The translations under genes and the position numbers were made by a program. A stretch of DNA of 44,519 bases, from positions 1-44,519 of the forward strand of contig JAPLHW010000257.1 of the NCBI GenBank assembly GCA_026389425.1. Reading direction: 5' to 3'. This stretch comes from Coprothermobacterota bacterium. Lineage in GTDB: Bacteria; Caldisericota; JANLFM01. The notes beneath the pieces were generated by a model, which had not been told where the DNA came from, ran no database searches, and saw only the letters and a program-made list of their open reading frames with translations. The stretch's first letter is position 1. Every line of letters begins with the position of its first letter. Shown piece by piece: positions 25,401-33,299 of this stretch.

Positions 25401-25668
25401 GCTTCAGCTCAGTCGTTCCATCGCAACGGTGAACTGCTTCCTCCAGTTCTCGTTCAACTTCCGACCAAGACCGGCCGCCTTTCTCCCGCCATTCTGCCCG
25501 CGCATTTTCGATCGTGGGCAACAATTCGCTGTCTTCCCGGCTTTCCAGCCATTCACGCACTGCATCAGCGACAATGTCGCAAGCTGGTGTGTGGCTCTTC
25601 ACTGCCTCGATTTTTAGCTGTGTATAAAGATCCTCATCGTGGAAGACGACGGTCATCTTTCTTTTCAT
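25393..25668 (-). CDS. ribbon-helix-helix-type antitoxin
   Basis: 91 aa from ATG 25668 (SD GGAGG 7 nt upstream): MKRKMTVVFHDEDLYTQLKIEAVKSHTPACDIVADAVREWL. The 240-aa ORF in the track is an upstream extension antisense to the MFS gene. Confidence 0.7.
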   Translation of the reverse strand: MKRKMTVVFHDEDLYTQLKIEAVKSHTPACDIVADAVREWLESREDSELLPTIENARAEWREKGGRSWSEVERELEEAVHRCDGTTELKRV

Positions 25669-25839
25669 AGCACATCCTCCGTCCTGCCGTTTATACGTCC
25701 ATACGTATTGGCATGGTAACAGGAGGCAGAAGAGTTGTATAGAGGACGACACACAAATCACCTGGTGGGATGGAGGAAGTATACCCAATATCGAACCAGG
25801 TGGGCATGAAACGGAGCTGATTGCTGTTTGTATGGCATC

Positions 25840-27108
25840 ATGAACGAAAAAGGATCTTCCTTGCAACCGCGCACCAGCCTTTTCCCCCTGTTCTTCACCG
25901 TTTTCATCGACCTGCTCGGCTTGGGCATCGTCATCCCCATCTTCGCCCCCCTCTTCCTGGACCCGGTAGGGGGGCTCCTCTCCTTCCAGACCGGCCTCTC
26001 TACCCGGACCATGTTGTTGGGTTTCCTGCTGGCGGTCTATCCCCTGACCCAGTTCTTCGGCGCTCCTTTCCTGGGCGCCCTTTCCGATCGTTTCGGACGG
26101 AAACGGATCCTTCAACTGTCGCTGCTGGGCACCCTCTTCGGATACTTTCTCCTGGCCACCGGAATCCTGCTGAAGAGCCTGCCGCTGCTCTTCATCGCCC
26201 GTGCCATCGATGGCTTCACCGGAGGGAACATCTCTATCGCCCAGTCGGCCATCTCCGATCTCTCCGATGAAAAAAGCCGTACTCGCAACTTCGGCTTCAT
26301 CGGCATGGCCTTTGGCCTGGGCTTCATCATCGGCCCCTTTATCGGTGGGAAGTTGGCTGATCCCAACATCCTAAGCTGGTTCAACTACGCCACCCCCTTC
26401 TGGTTTGCCGCCATCCTCGCCGGGATCAACCTGGTGTTGGTCCAGTTCCGCTTCAAGGAGACGCTGCGCAGCCGCCGGGAGACACCCCTCAACTTCCTTA
26501 CCGGCTTTCGCAACATCGGACGGGCTCTCTCCTTGCCCAATGCCCGGACCATGTTCCTGGTGGTCTTCCTTCTCGCCTTTGGCTTCAACTTCTTCACCCA
26601 ATTCTTCCAAGTTTTCCTGATCCAGAAGTTCCAGTTCAACCAGTCGCAGATCGGCGACCTCTTCGCCTACATTGGCCTCTGGATCGCCATTACCCAAGGC
26701 CTGATCAACCGCCCCTTGAGCCGCCGGCTGGAGGCGCCGCAGATCCTCTCCTTCTCGGCCTTGCTGCTGGCCGTTGCCCTGCCGCTTTTGCTTCTGCCCA
26801 GCCAGTCTTCGATTCTTTTCTTCTTGTTGCCGTTGGTGGCTATCTTCCAGGGATTGACCCAGCCCAGTTCGCTGAGCATCGTCTCCGGTCTGTGCGACGA
26901 GAAGGCTCAAGGCCAGATCCTGGGCATCAACCAATCCTTTCAATCATTGGCGCAGGCGATCCCCCCAATCGTCGCTGGTTTCATCGTCTCCATTGATCAG
27001 AACCTGCCGATCCTGGTGGCCGGCGGGTCGGTGCTGGCAGCATGGGTCCTTTTCCTCGTCTATCGGGCCGGGGTGCGTCGACGGGGACCGGAAGACGTCT
27101 GCGCCTAG
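25840..27108 (+). CDS. MFS transporter (drug:H+ antiporter / TetA-like)
   Basis: About 12 predicted TM segments, motif A GALSDRFGRKRIL, FIDLLGLGIVIPI N-terminus. Start is ATG 25840 or TTG 25828. Confidence 0.85.
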   Translation: MNEKGSSLQPRTSLFPLFFTVFIDLLGLGIVIPIFAPLFLDPVGGLLSFQTGLSTRTMLLGFLLAVYPLTQFFGAPFLGALSDRFGRKRILQLSLLGTLFGYFLLATGILLKSLPLLFIARAIDGFTGGNISIAQSAISDLSDEKSRTRNFGFIGMAFGLGFIIGPFIGGKLADPNILSWFNYATPFWFAAILAGINLVLVQFRFKETLRSRRETPLNFLTGFRNIGRALSLPNARTMFLVVFLLAFGFNFFTQFFQVFLIQKFQFNQSQIGDLFAYIGLWIAITQGLINRPLSRRLEAPQILSFSALLLAVALPLLLLPSQSSILFFLLPLVAIFQGLTQPSSLSIVSGLCDEKAQGQILGINQSFQSLAQAIPPIVAGFIVSIDQNLPILVAGGSVLAAWVLFLVYRAGVRRRGPEDVCA

Positions 27109-27114
27109 ATACCC

Positions 27115-28134
27115 GTGCTCGAGAAGCCTGATCTTACAGACGAGATCATCATGGCCTGTCTCCAGGAGGAGTACGGCCTGCCTGTGGTCCAGGTCGACTT
27201 CCTGCCTCTGGGAGCGGATCGGAATACGGCTGTCTATCGAGTGGTTGCAGCGGATGGAAGGACGTACTTCCTGAAGTTGAGGAAGGGTGTCTTTGACGAG
27301 ACGTCCGTGGCCTTGCCCAAGTTCCTCGCCGACCAGGGCATCGAACAGGTCATACCCGCCATCACAACCAGGAAAGGCAATCTCTGGGCAAGCCTGGAGA
27401 GCTTCCGCCTGATCCTTTCCCCATTCATCGAAGGCCACAATGGCTACCAGGTGAACCTCTCGGATCATCACTGGGTCACACTCGGCATGACTCTCAAGCG
27501 CATCCACACGACAGTGGTTCCTCCAGCGCTTAAAGGATGCATCCGGCGGGAGACTTACACTCCCCAGTGGCGCGAAAGCGTTAAGGATTTTATGGGGCGC
27601 CTTGACGATAGCACTCCAGAAGATCCCATCGCAGCGGAATTGGCTGGGTTCCTACGGGCTAAACACGAGGAGATCCTTGATCTGGTCGGGCGAGCGGAAC
27701 GGCTCGCTGCGGAACTTCAGGCCCGATCTGAGAATTTCGTCCTCTGTCATTCCGACATCCACGCGGGGAATCTGCTGATCTCTGCCGAGGGCGCTCTCTA
27801 CCTGGTCGACTGGGATGAGCCGATCTGGGCGATGAAAGAGCGGGATTTGATGTCCGTGGGCGGCGGCCTGATGGGTGGCGGGCACACTCCGCAAGAGGAA
27901 GAAACCCTCTTCTATCAGGGCTATGGTCCCACCCCGATCGATCCCGTACCCCTGGCCTACTACCGGTACGAGCGGATCATCGATGACATCGCTGTGGATT
28001 GCGATTGCATCACCTCGGGCAAAGAGGGCGATGACGATCGCCGCCAATCGCTTGGCTATTTGAAATCCAACTTTCTTCCCCACAACACCATCGAGATCGC
28101 TTATCAATCGGACAGGACACACAAGAATTGGTAA
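27115..28134 (+). CDS. aminoglycoside/antibiotic phosphotransferase (APH) family kinase
   Basis: Brenner motif and DFG-like region LCHSDIHAGNLLISAEGALYLVDWDEPIWAMKERDL. GTG start 6 nt after the MFS stop. Confidence 0.8.
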   Translation: MLEKPDLTDEIIMACLQEEYGLPVVQVDFLPLGADRNTAVYRVVAADGRTYFLKLRKGVFDETSVALPKFLADQGIEQVIPAITTRKGNLWASLESFRLILSPFIEGHNGYQVNLSDHHWVTLGMTLKRIHTTVVPPALKGCIRRETYTPQWRESVKDFMGRLDDSTPEDPIAAELAGFLRAKHEEILDLVGRAERLAAELQARSENFVLCHSDIHAGNLLISAEGALYLVDWDEPIWAMKERDLMSVGGGLMGGGHTPQEEETLFYQGYGPTPIDPVPLAYYRYERIIDDIAVDCDCITSGKEGDDDRRQSLGYLKSNFLPHNTIEIAYQSDRTHKNW

Positions 28135-28235
28135 ACCGTCTAGCTGATCATCATTGACATCAACCGGGTGGCGCATCCACTACGGCAATATAAAGGGTGG
28201 GGTTTTGAACCATGATGAGGCTAGGTGTCCAGTGT

Positions 28236-28856
28236 TCAGGGATCTTCCAGAGTGGTCGGTTGCGGGAGCCAGCGAGCGATCTCAGCTTGGATGCTCTTGG
28301 GGAAGCGCGCTCCATACTCCTTAAGCTTGCGAGAATCCAGGGCTTCCCATTCCAATTCATCCAGCGGTGGGAGAGCACCGCCAGCCTTCCGGGTCAGGTA
28401 GACCCAATCTAAAAGTGCTTTCTCCGGTTCCGCCCAGAGGATTCCTTGGCGGTTCGCGTAACCCCAAAAGAGGGGGATCTGCAAATGAGAGAAAGCGATG
28501 TTGCCCAGTGGGGTCCCCACCTCCCGCGTTTTCCCGGTGGTAACGCAGGTGAGGGTGAGCGGCATTTGCGAGAGGATGCCCACCTCGGATAGGGCGCTTT
28601 CCCGAGAGATGTAAGCGGGTCGACCAAGAAGGCACGCCAACGCCTCCAAGGTAGGCATGCGCTGGGAGTTGCCATAGAGGCATGGCCCCAGGCGGACCAG
28701 AAGTCCCTTTTGGGTCAAGCGCCATACTGCCTTCCTCAGCGCTTCTGCTTCCAGACCGGTCAGCGCGCGCAAACTCACATCAGTCAGAATGGAGTCTCCC
28801 TGATGTGACAAGTCCTGCAATAAGCGGACCCATTGAGTCAGCGGGAAGACTGCCAT
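28236..28856 (-). CDS. AbiEi-family (type IV TA) antitoxin/transcriptional regulator
   Basis: 206 aa from ATG 28856: wHTH LRKAVWRLTQKGLLVRLGPCLYG plus the C-terminal domain PAYISRESALSEVGILSQMP...AEPEKALLDWVYL. The longer 362-aa ORF is a high-GC extension overlapping abiEii. Confidence 0.75.
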   Translation of the reverse strand: MAVFPLTQWVRLLQDLSHQGDSILTDVSLRALTGLEAEALRKAVWRLTQKGLLVRLGPCLYGNSQRMPTLEALACLLGRPAYISRESALSEVGILSQMPLTLTCVTTGKTREVGTPLGNIAFSHLQIPLFWGYANRQGILWAEPEKALLDWVYLTRKAGGALPPLDELEWEALDSRKLKEYGARFPKSIQAEIARWLPQPTTLEDP

Positions 28857-29653
28857 CAGTCGAGTAATTCCAGGCCAAGGACCGCTGTCGCTCGCAGCAG
28901 ATCCCGGTAGCCATCCTCTTCCAGCGGCCCGCGGTAGCGCTGGGGAAGAAAAACAGCCATCTCTTTGCGCAGGGACGCTACGTTGAAGGAAGCCAGCCGC
29001 TCTTTCAGGATCCGGCCTTGCACTCCGTAGTCGGCGCATTTGGCGCGGACCAGTTCCCGGTTGATAGGGATTCCCCGGCTGTGCAAGAACCAAAGGTCGA
29101 AGAGGTCGCGTCCCTTTGGGTACAATCGCCCGGCAATCGCCACCAGCTTGTCGGCTAGGATCTCTTCCTCGCTCTCTACCCAAACCAGCGCCAAGGGAAG
29201 CCCCGGCAGGGCGAAAGGTAGATGAATCGGTTTTAACTCTCGGGTATAGGAGGGAAAATGGGCAATCTCCAGATTCAAGGAAGTGGAGTCGGCCTGGGCA
29301 GGCGCTTGCAAATGAAGGCGCCAACGCAGTAGGTCTTCTGTCTGCTTCTGGATGCGCAGGGTTATCGTCCCGCCAAAAAGGGGTGAAAGGCCCGCCAAGT
29401 CAGGAGCAAGTTGCCGAAAAAGCGGGTCCAACAGGGAGAAAGGCATCACCGAGGTGAAGTACAGATCGTCGGAATAGCGGGGTCCTTGGTAGACCAGCCG
29501 CAGGGCTGTCCCCCCCTGGAAAGTAAGGTGGCGCGCTTCCTCGCATTGGGCCAGTTCGCCCAACAGATAGATCTGAAGCGCTTCCCGCAGGACGACCTTG
29601 GCTGGGATCCCTTCCTCTTGGGCTCGAGTTGAACAATAGGTGGTCAAATCCAT
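28856..29653 (-). CDS. AbiEii/AbiGii-family nucleotidyltransferase toxin (DUF1814)
   Basis: LTFQGGTALRLVYQGPRYSDDLYF matches the GGTAL...R(F/Y)SxDLDF NTase signature, except that the last Asp is Tyr. 1-nt TGATG overlap with the downstream abiEi. Confidence 0.75.
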   Translation of the reverse strand: MDLTTYCSTRAQEEGIPAKVVLREALQIYLLGELAQCEEARHLTFQGGTALRLVYQGPRYSDDLYFTSVMPFSLLDPLFRQLAPDLAGLSPLFGGTITLRIQKQTEDLLRWRLHLQAPAQADSTSLNLEIAHFPSYTRELKPIHLPFALPGLPLALVWVESEEEILADKLVAIAGRLYPKGRDLFDLWFLHSRGIPINRELVRAKCADYGVQGRILKERLASFNVASLRKEMAVFLPQRYRGPLEEDGYRDLLRATAVLGLELLD

Positions 29654-29756
29654 TTCGGCGCTATTCTAGGACATATTTGTCCCGTTTTCGAGTCAAAGAT
29701 TCAAGTAAAGGCCTGCACGACGGAGTCTGGAGAAGGAGTCGTCAACTCTTCCCCAG

Positions 29757-29793
29757 GAAAAAACTGAGAGGGAGCGGATTTCCACTCCCTCTC
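29757..29793 (-). terminator. intrinsic terminator of the 585-aa membrane protein gene
   Basis: Perfect 9-bp stem GAGAGGGAG/CTCCCTCTC with a 10-nt loop, followed on the minus strand by AGTTTTTTCC. About 30 nt after the stop at 29821. Confidence 0.7.
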
Positions 29794-29820
29794 TCGTGCT
29801 ATTTGGGAATCGGTTGTTCT

Positions 29821-31578
29821 CTATTCCACTGCTTTGCCGCAGCTCATGCAGAAGCGTGAGCCGGGGACCAAGGGGTTACCGCACGCTGCGCAGAGGGTCG
29901 GTGCAAGGTTCTCCACATCCTTCGCTACTTCTTCCACCACGGCCGGCGAAGCGGCAGTGATAGGCTCGACGATGGGCGGGGGGACTGTTTCGACAACCAG
30001 CGGAGGGACAGGAACAGGCTCAACGACTGGTGGAGGTGGAATTGGAATCGTGACTGCCGCAGGGGGCGGGGGGGGCGATGTGGGGCGTGTTGTCACGGTC
30101 TGCCCCTGAGCAGCGCCGCAGGTCGCGCAGAATGGCGCGCCGGCTAGTACCGGTGCCCCGCAGCTTGGGCAGAAACGGGCGCCCGCTGTCGGGGGAGGGG
30201 GAAGGGATGCGGGGGGAGCCCCGTAAGGTGTCCCGGGGGGAGAGGTGGGGGGAGCCCCATAGGGCGTACTGGAGGGAGAGGTGGGAGGAGCCCCATAGGG
30301 TGTCCCGGAGGGAGGCGCGGGCGGGCGGCGTTTGCCTCGCAGCAACAAGAACAGTATCAAGACCACCAATACAGCTCCGCCGGCAATGGCGGCAATCGCC
30401 CAAATCGGTAGCCCACTGCTCGGCGTACCGCCTGGCACTGGGGTAGAGGTTGGAACGGGAATGGTGGTAGGATTCGGTCCCGAAGGAGAGGGCGAGGGCT
30501 GGGTGGTGGGAGGCGGAGGTGGGGTATCGGTGGGGACCGGCGTGGTAGGCTTCGGCGTGGGCGTAGCGGTGGGGGTGGGCGGGGAAGTGGGAGTGGGTTT
30601 CGGCGTGGGCGAGGAGGTGGGGGTGGGAGAAGCGCTTAAGGAGAAGATCACCTCGGTGGTATCGCCTGAAGAAAAGACAATGGTGCTGGCGTCGAGTTGC
30701 GTTCCCACAAGGGAATTGGTGATTTCGCCGGGAAGGTGGATGGTGGTTTCCGTGAAAGTCTCGGAAAGGTAGCCAAAGTCGACCTGCACGCTGTTCCCGG
30801 AAGCTACCCAGGTGCCCGGGTCAAAGGCCATCTCGAAGTCGCTCCATTTGAAGGCGATCTCGTACCGGTCCCCGCCCAGGCTCTTCTTGCTGACATCGCT
30901 GAAGGTGGGCTCGCTCTGGAGGCTGGAGACCATATCCTCGACTGTATTGCCGCCGGGAGGCAAGTAAGCCGTGATGGTGGCTCTGCCGCTCCCATCGGCG
31001 TTGACCCACAGTTCGACATCGTACGTCTCTAGACCCGCTGTTGGGGAGGAAGAGGGGGAAGAGGTCGGAGAGGGAGCCGCACCACTCGTGCTGAAGGAGA
31101 AGGTGGCCGTCGACCCTCCCTTGAAGGAGAGTGTGGAATTGTCCACTTTGGTCCCGCCCTGCTGTTGGAGGATCGTTCCGGGCAGGTGCAAGATCAACTC
31201 GGTGAAGGAGTCCACCATAGTGCTAAAGTCACCCTCCACCGTATCCCCGTTGTTCGTCCAGCTGTTGGGGTCGAAGGCACCAAAAAAATCGCTCCAGGTA
31301 AAGTTGATCTGATAACGGCCACCTCCTTGATCGATCTTCTCCACTCCGGAGAGGGCGGGCTCACTGTTGAGGCTGTTCACCAGATCATCGATGTTTTCCG
31401 TGTTTCCGGCGGGGATGTAGACGTGCATCTGTCCCGTCCCGCTGCCGCTTACCTCCAGCCACAACTCCATGGCAATAGTGGTGTCTGCTGCTGCAGCGGG
31501 CAGCATTGTCCCAAAGAGCGCAAAGACACAAACCAGGGTGATCACTACAGCGCGGAACAAACCCGCGTATCTTTTCAT
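29821..31578 (-). CDS. single-pass membrane protein: duplicated extracytoplasmic domain, Pro/Thr linker, TM helix, Pro-rich repeats and two zinc ribbons
   Basis: Signal peptide MKRYAGLFRAVVITLVCVFALFG. Two ~130-aa paralogous modules (ELWLEVSGSG.../ELWVNADGSG...). PT-rich linker, TM IWAIAAIAGGAVLVVLILFLLL, 3x TPYGAPP(T/A)S, and CPSCG...CATCG and CAACG...CMSCG. SD AAGGAGG. Confidence 0.8.
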   Translation of the reverse strand: MKRYAGLFRAVVITLVCVFALFGTMLPAAAADTTIAMELWLEVSGSGTGQMHVYIPAGNTENIDDLVNSLNSEPALSGVEKIDQGGGRYQINFTWSDFFGAFDPNSWTNNGDTVEGDFSTMVDSFTELILHLPGTILQQQGGTKVDNSTLSFKGGSTATFSFSTSGAAPSPTSSPSSSPTAGLETYDVELWVNADGSGRATITAYLPPGGNTVEDMVSSLQSEPTFSDVSKKSLGGDRYEIAFKWSDFEMAFDPGTWVASGNSVQVDFGYLSETFTETTIHLPGEITNSLVGTQLDASTIVFSSGDTTEVIFSLSASPTPTSSPTPKPTPTSPPTPTATPTPKPTTPVPTDTPPPPPTTQPSPSPSGPNPTTIPVPTSTPVPGGTPSSGLPIWAIAAIAGGAVLVVLILFLLLRGKRRPPAPPSGTPYGAPPTSPSSTPYGAPPTSPPGTPYGAPPASLPPPPTAGARFCPSCGAPVLAGAPFCATCGAAQGQTVTTRPTSPPPPPAAVTIPIPPPPVVEPVPVPPLVVETVPPPIVEPITAASPAVVEEVAKDVENLAPTLCAACGNPLVPGSRFCMSCGKAVE

Positions 31579-31637
31579 GCAAACCTCCTTGCGGCGGTTA
31601 TCCGCCAGGGTAATGGTAAGACTGTCTTCATTCTACG

Positions 31638-31663
31638 ATAAAAGCCGCCGCTGTGAGCAGCGG
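31638..31663 (-). terminator. possible terminator after the M42 peptidase gene
   Basis: CCGCTG-tgag-CAGCGG hairpin, followed on the minus strand by CGGCTTTTAT. Confidence 0.4.
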
Positions 31664-31684
31664 GAAGGGAACGAAGCAGACCGA

Positions 31685-32728
31685 TCAAGTGGCGGAGCCA
31701 CCCTCCCCTTCCAGCAACAGAGCCGACAAGAGGCGGGCAGTAGCCAGCAGACCTTCCTCGTGGGTCCGTTCGTAGAAGTGGGTGGCGAAGACCCCTGGCC
31801 CGATCAAACCGGCGCGCAGGTCGTGGCCGGCGTTCAAGGCAGCGTCGGCATCCGAGCCGTAGTGTGGGAAAACATCCAGCCGGTAGGGGATATCGTGGGC
31901 TTCCGCCGTGCGCATCAATGTCTCCGTCAGCTCGTAATCGTAGGGGCTGACGGCATCTTTAGCGCAGATCGTCACGGCCGTCTCCTGGGAGGTCTGGCCT
32001 TGACCGACCAGACCAATGTCCACCGAGAGGATCTCTTCGACCTCGGCCGGGATCCCTGCTGCAGCACCGTGGCCGACCTCTTCGTAGATGGTGAAGTAGA
32101 AGAAGGCCGCCCGATGCATGGTCTCCCCTTTCAGGGCCTGAAGGACGGCCAGCAGGCAAGCCGCCCCGGCTTTGTCGTCCAGGTGGCGGCTCTTCACAAA
32201 ACCGTTGGGCAGGAAGACCGTGCGCGGATCGAGGGCGATGAAATCACCTACCTGAACCCCCAGCGCCTGGGTCTCCTCGGCCTTGGTCACCCTTTCGTCC
32301 AGGAGGACGCGATAATTGGCCGGCTTCCGCTCCAGCTTGGCGGGCTCGTCGTAGATGTGCACAGACGGTTCGGTGGTAAAGATGGTTCCGGAGAATCGGG
32401 GGCCCTTGCGCGTCAGGACCGTGCAGTTCTCTCCCTCCACCGACTGCATCATGTACCCTCCCACGCGAACAAAGGAAAGTGTGCCGTCACTGTGGATCTC
32501 TCTTACCATCGCGCCCAAGGTATCCAGGTGGGCGGTGGCCAACAGCGGACGCCCCCAGCCGGGAAGCCGGACCAGCAGACCTCCCTTACGAGGAAAGTCG
32601 GCTATCATTCCAAGGTCCCGCAAGATCCCCCCGACCACGGCCATCACCTCGCGCGGGTAGCCGGTCGGGCTGGGGGCGCGCAACAGTCGGGCGAGGCATT
32701 CCTTAAGGTAGAGCATGTCAATGTCCAT
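31685..32728 (-). CDS. M42-family metallo-aminopeptidase (FrvX/YsdC-like)
   Basis: 347 aa. ATAHLDTLGAMVREI, SRHLDDKAGAA, YEEVGHGAA. SD GGAGGG. Confidence 0.8.
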   Translation of the reverse strand: MDIDMLYLKECLARLLRAPSPTGYPREVMAVVGGILRDLGMIADFPRKGGLLVRLPGWGRPLLATAHLDTLGAMVREIHSDGTLSFVRVGGYMMQSVEGENCTVLTRKGPRFSGTIFTTEPSVHIYDEPAKLERKPANYRVLLDERVTKAEETQALGVQVGDFIALDPRTVFLPNGFVKSRHLDDKAGAACLLAVLQALKGETMHRAAFFYFTIYEEVGHGAAAGIPAEVEEILSVDIGLVGQGQTSQETAVTICAKDAVSPYDYELTETLMRTAEAHDIPYRLDVFPHYGSDADAALNAGHDLRAGLIGPGVFATHFYERTHEEGLLATARLLSALLLEGEGGSAT

Positions 32729-33290
32729 CGTTTCCCTCCTTCAAGGTGACGGTCTTCAAGGCTCGATAAACGGGTCCTTGCGGAGTGAGAGTGCTGCTAA
32801 AGAGAACCACTTCCTCAAGGAGGAAAGCAGGCGCCTCTACCGCAGGCCTTTCGTTCAACAGGCTCACCAACCCCTCCAGCCCTCGCGGGGAGCGCTGGCG
32901 GCCGAGGGTGAGGTGGGCATGAAAAGGTTTCTCTTCAGGAGGGATCCGGCGCTGGACCAGCTCTCTCTCCAAGGCCTTGGCGACCTCGGTCATCTCACTT
33001 CTTCCTTGCCGAAAACCCAGCCAGACCACCCGCGGGGAACGGGTCGAGGGGAAGGCTCCCACTTCACCGAGCTGAGCATGAAAGGCAGGGAAGGGAGCCA
33101 GTACCTTCAGCGCTTCCTGTACAGAGGTCAGATCGGCAGGTGGAATCTCACCCAGGAAACGCAGGGTAACATGGAAGTTCTCCTCCTCCACCCACTTGAA
33201 ATCCGCGCCGCACTTGGCCAATCGGCCGGCCAAAGCTTTCACGGCAGGACGCAACAAGTCCGGCAAAAGGAGAGCAATGAATGTACGCAT
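32718..33290 (-). CDS. thpR: RNA 2',3'-cyclic phosphodiesterase (2H family)
   Basis: MRTFIAL start and two H-x-T-x motifs (FHVTLRFLG, FHAHLTLGR). Confidence 0.85.
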   Translation of the reverse strand: MRTFIALLLPDLLRPAVKALAGRLAKCGADFKWVEEENFHVTLRFLGEIPPADLTSVQEALKVLAPFPAFHAQLGEVGAFPSTRSPRVVWLGFRQGRSEMTEVAKALERELVQRRIPPEEKPFHAHLTLGRQRSPRGLEGLVSLLNERPAVEAPAFLLEEVVLFSSTLTPQGPVYRALKTVTLKEGNDGH

Positions 33291-33299
33291 CAGATCCTC

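Noticed and set aside
28857-29324. N-terminal 156-aa extension of the AbiEi ORF (28236..29324 in the track)
   Set aside because: The extension overlaps abiEii in another frame and is Arg/Pro/Gly-rich. ATG 28856, coupled to the abiEii stop, gives a normal-length AbiEi.
31469-32749. Long + strand ORFs antisense to clear genes: 31469..32749, 36369..37478, 37550..38992, 15807..16451, 22171..22683, 39265..39951, 33537..35301 and others
   Set aside because: They lie opposite well-supported genes (M42 peptidase, nadC, nadB, hsdR, hsdM, nadA, cinA/nth). Their translations are Arg/Gly/Pro/Ala-rich with no recognisable motifs. These are typical shadow ORFs of high-GC DNA.
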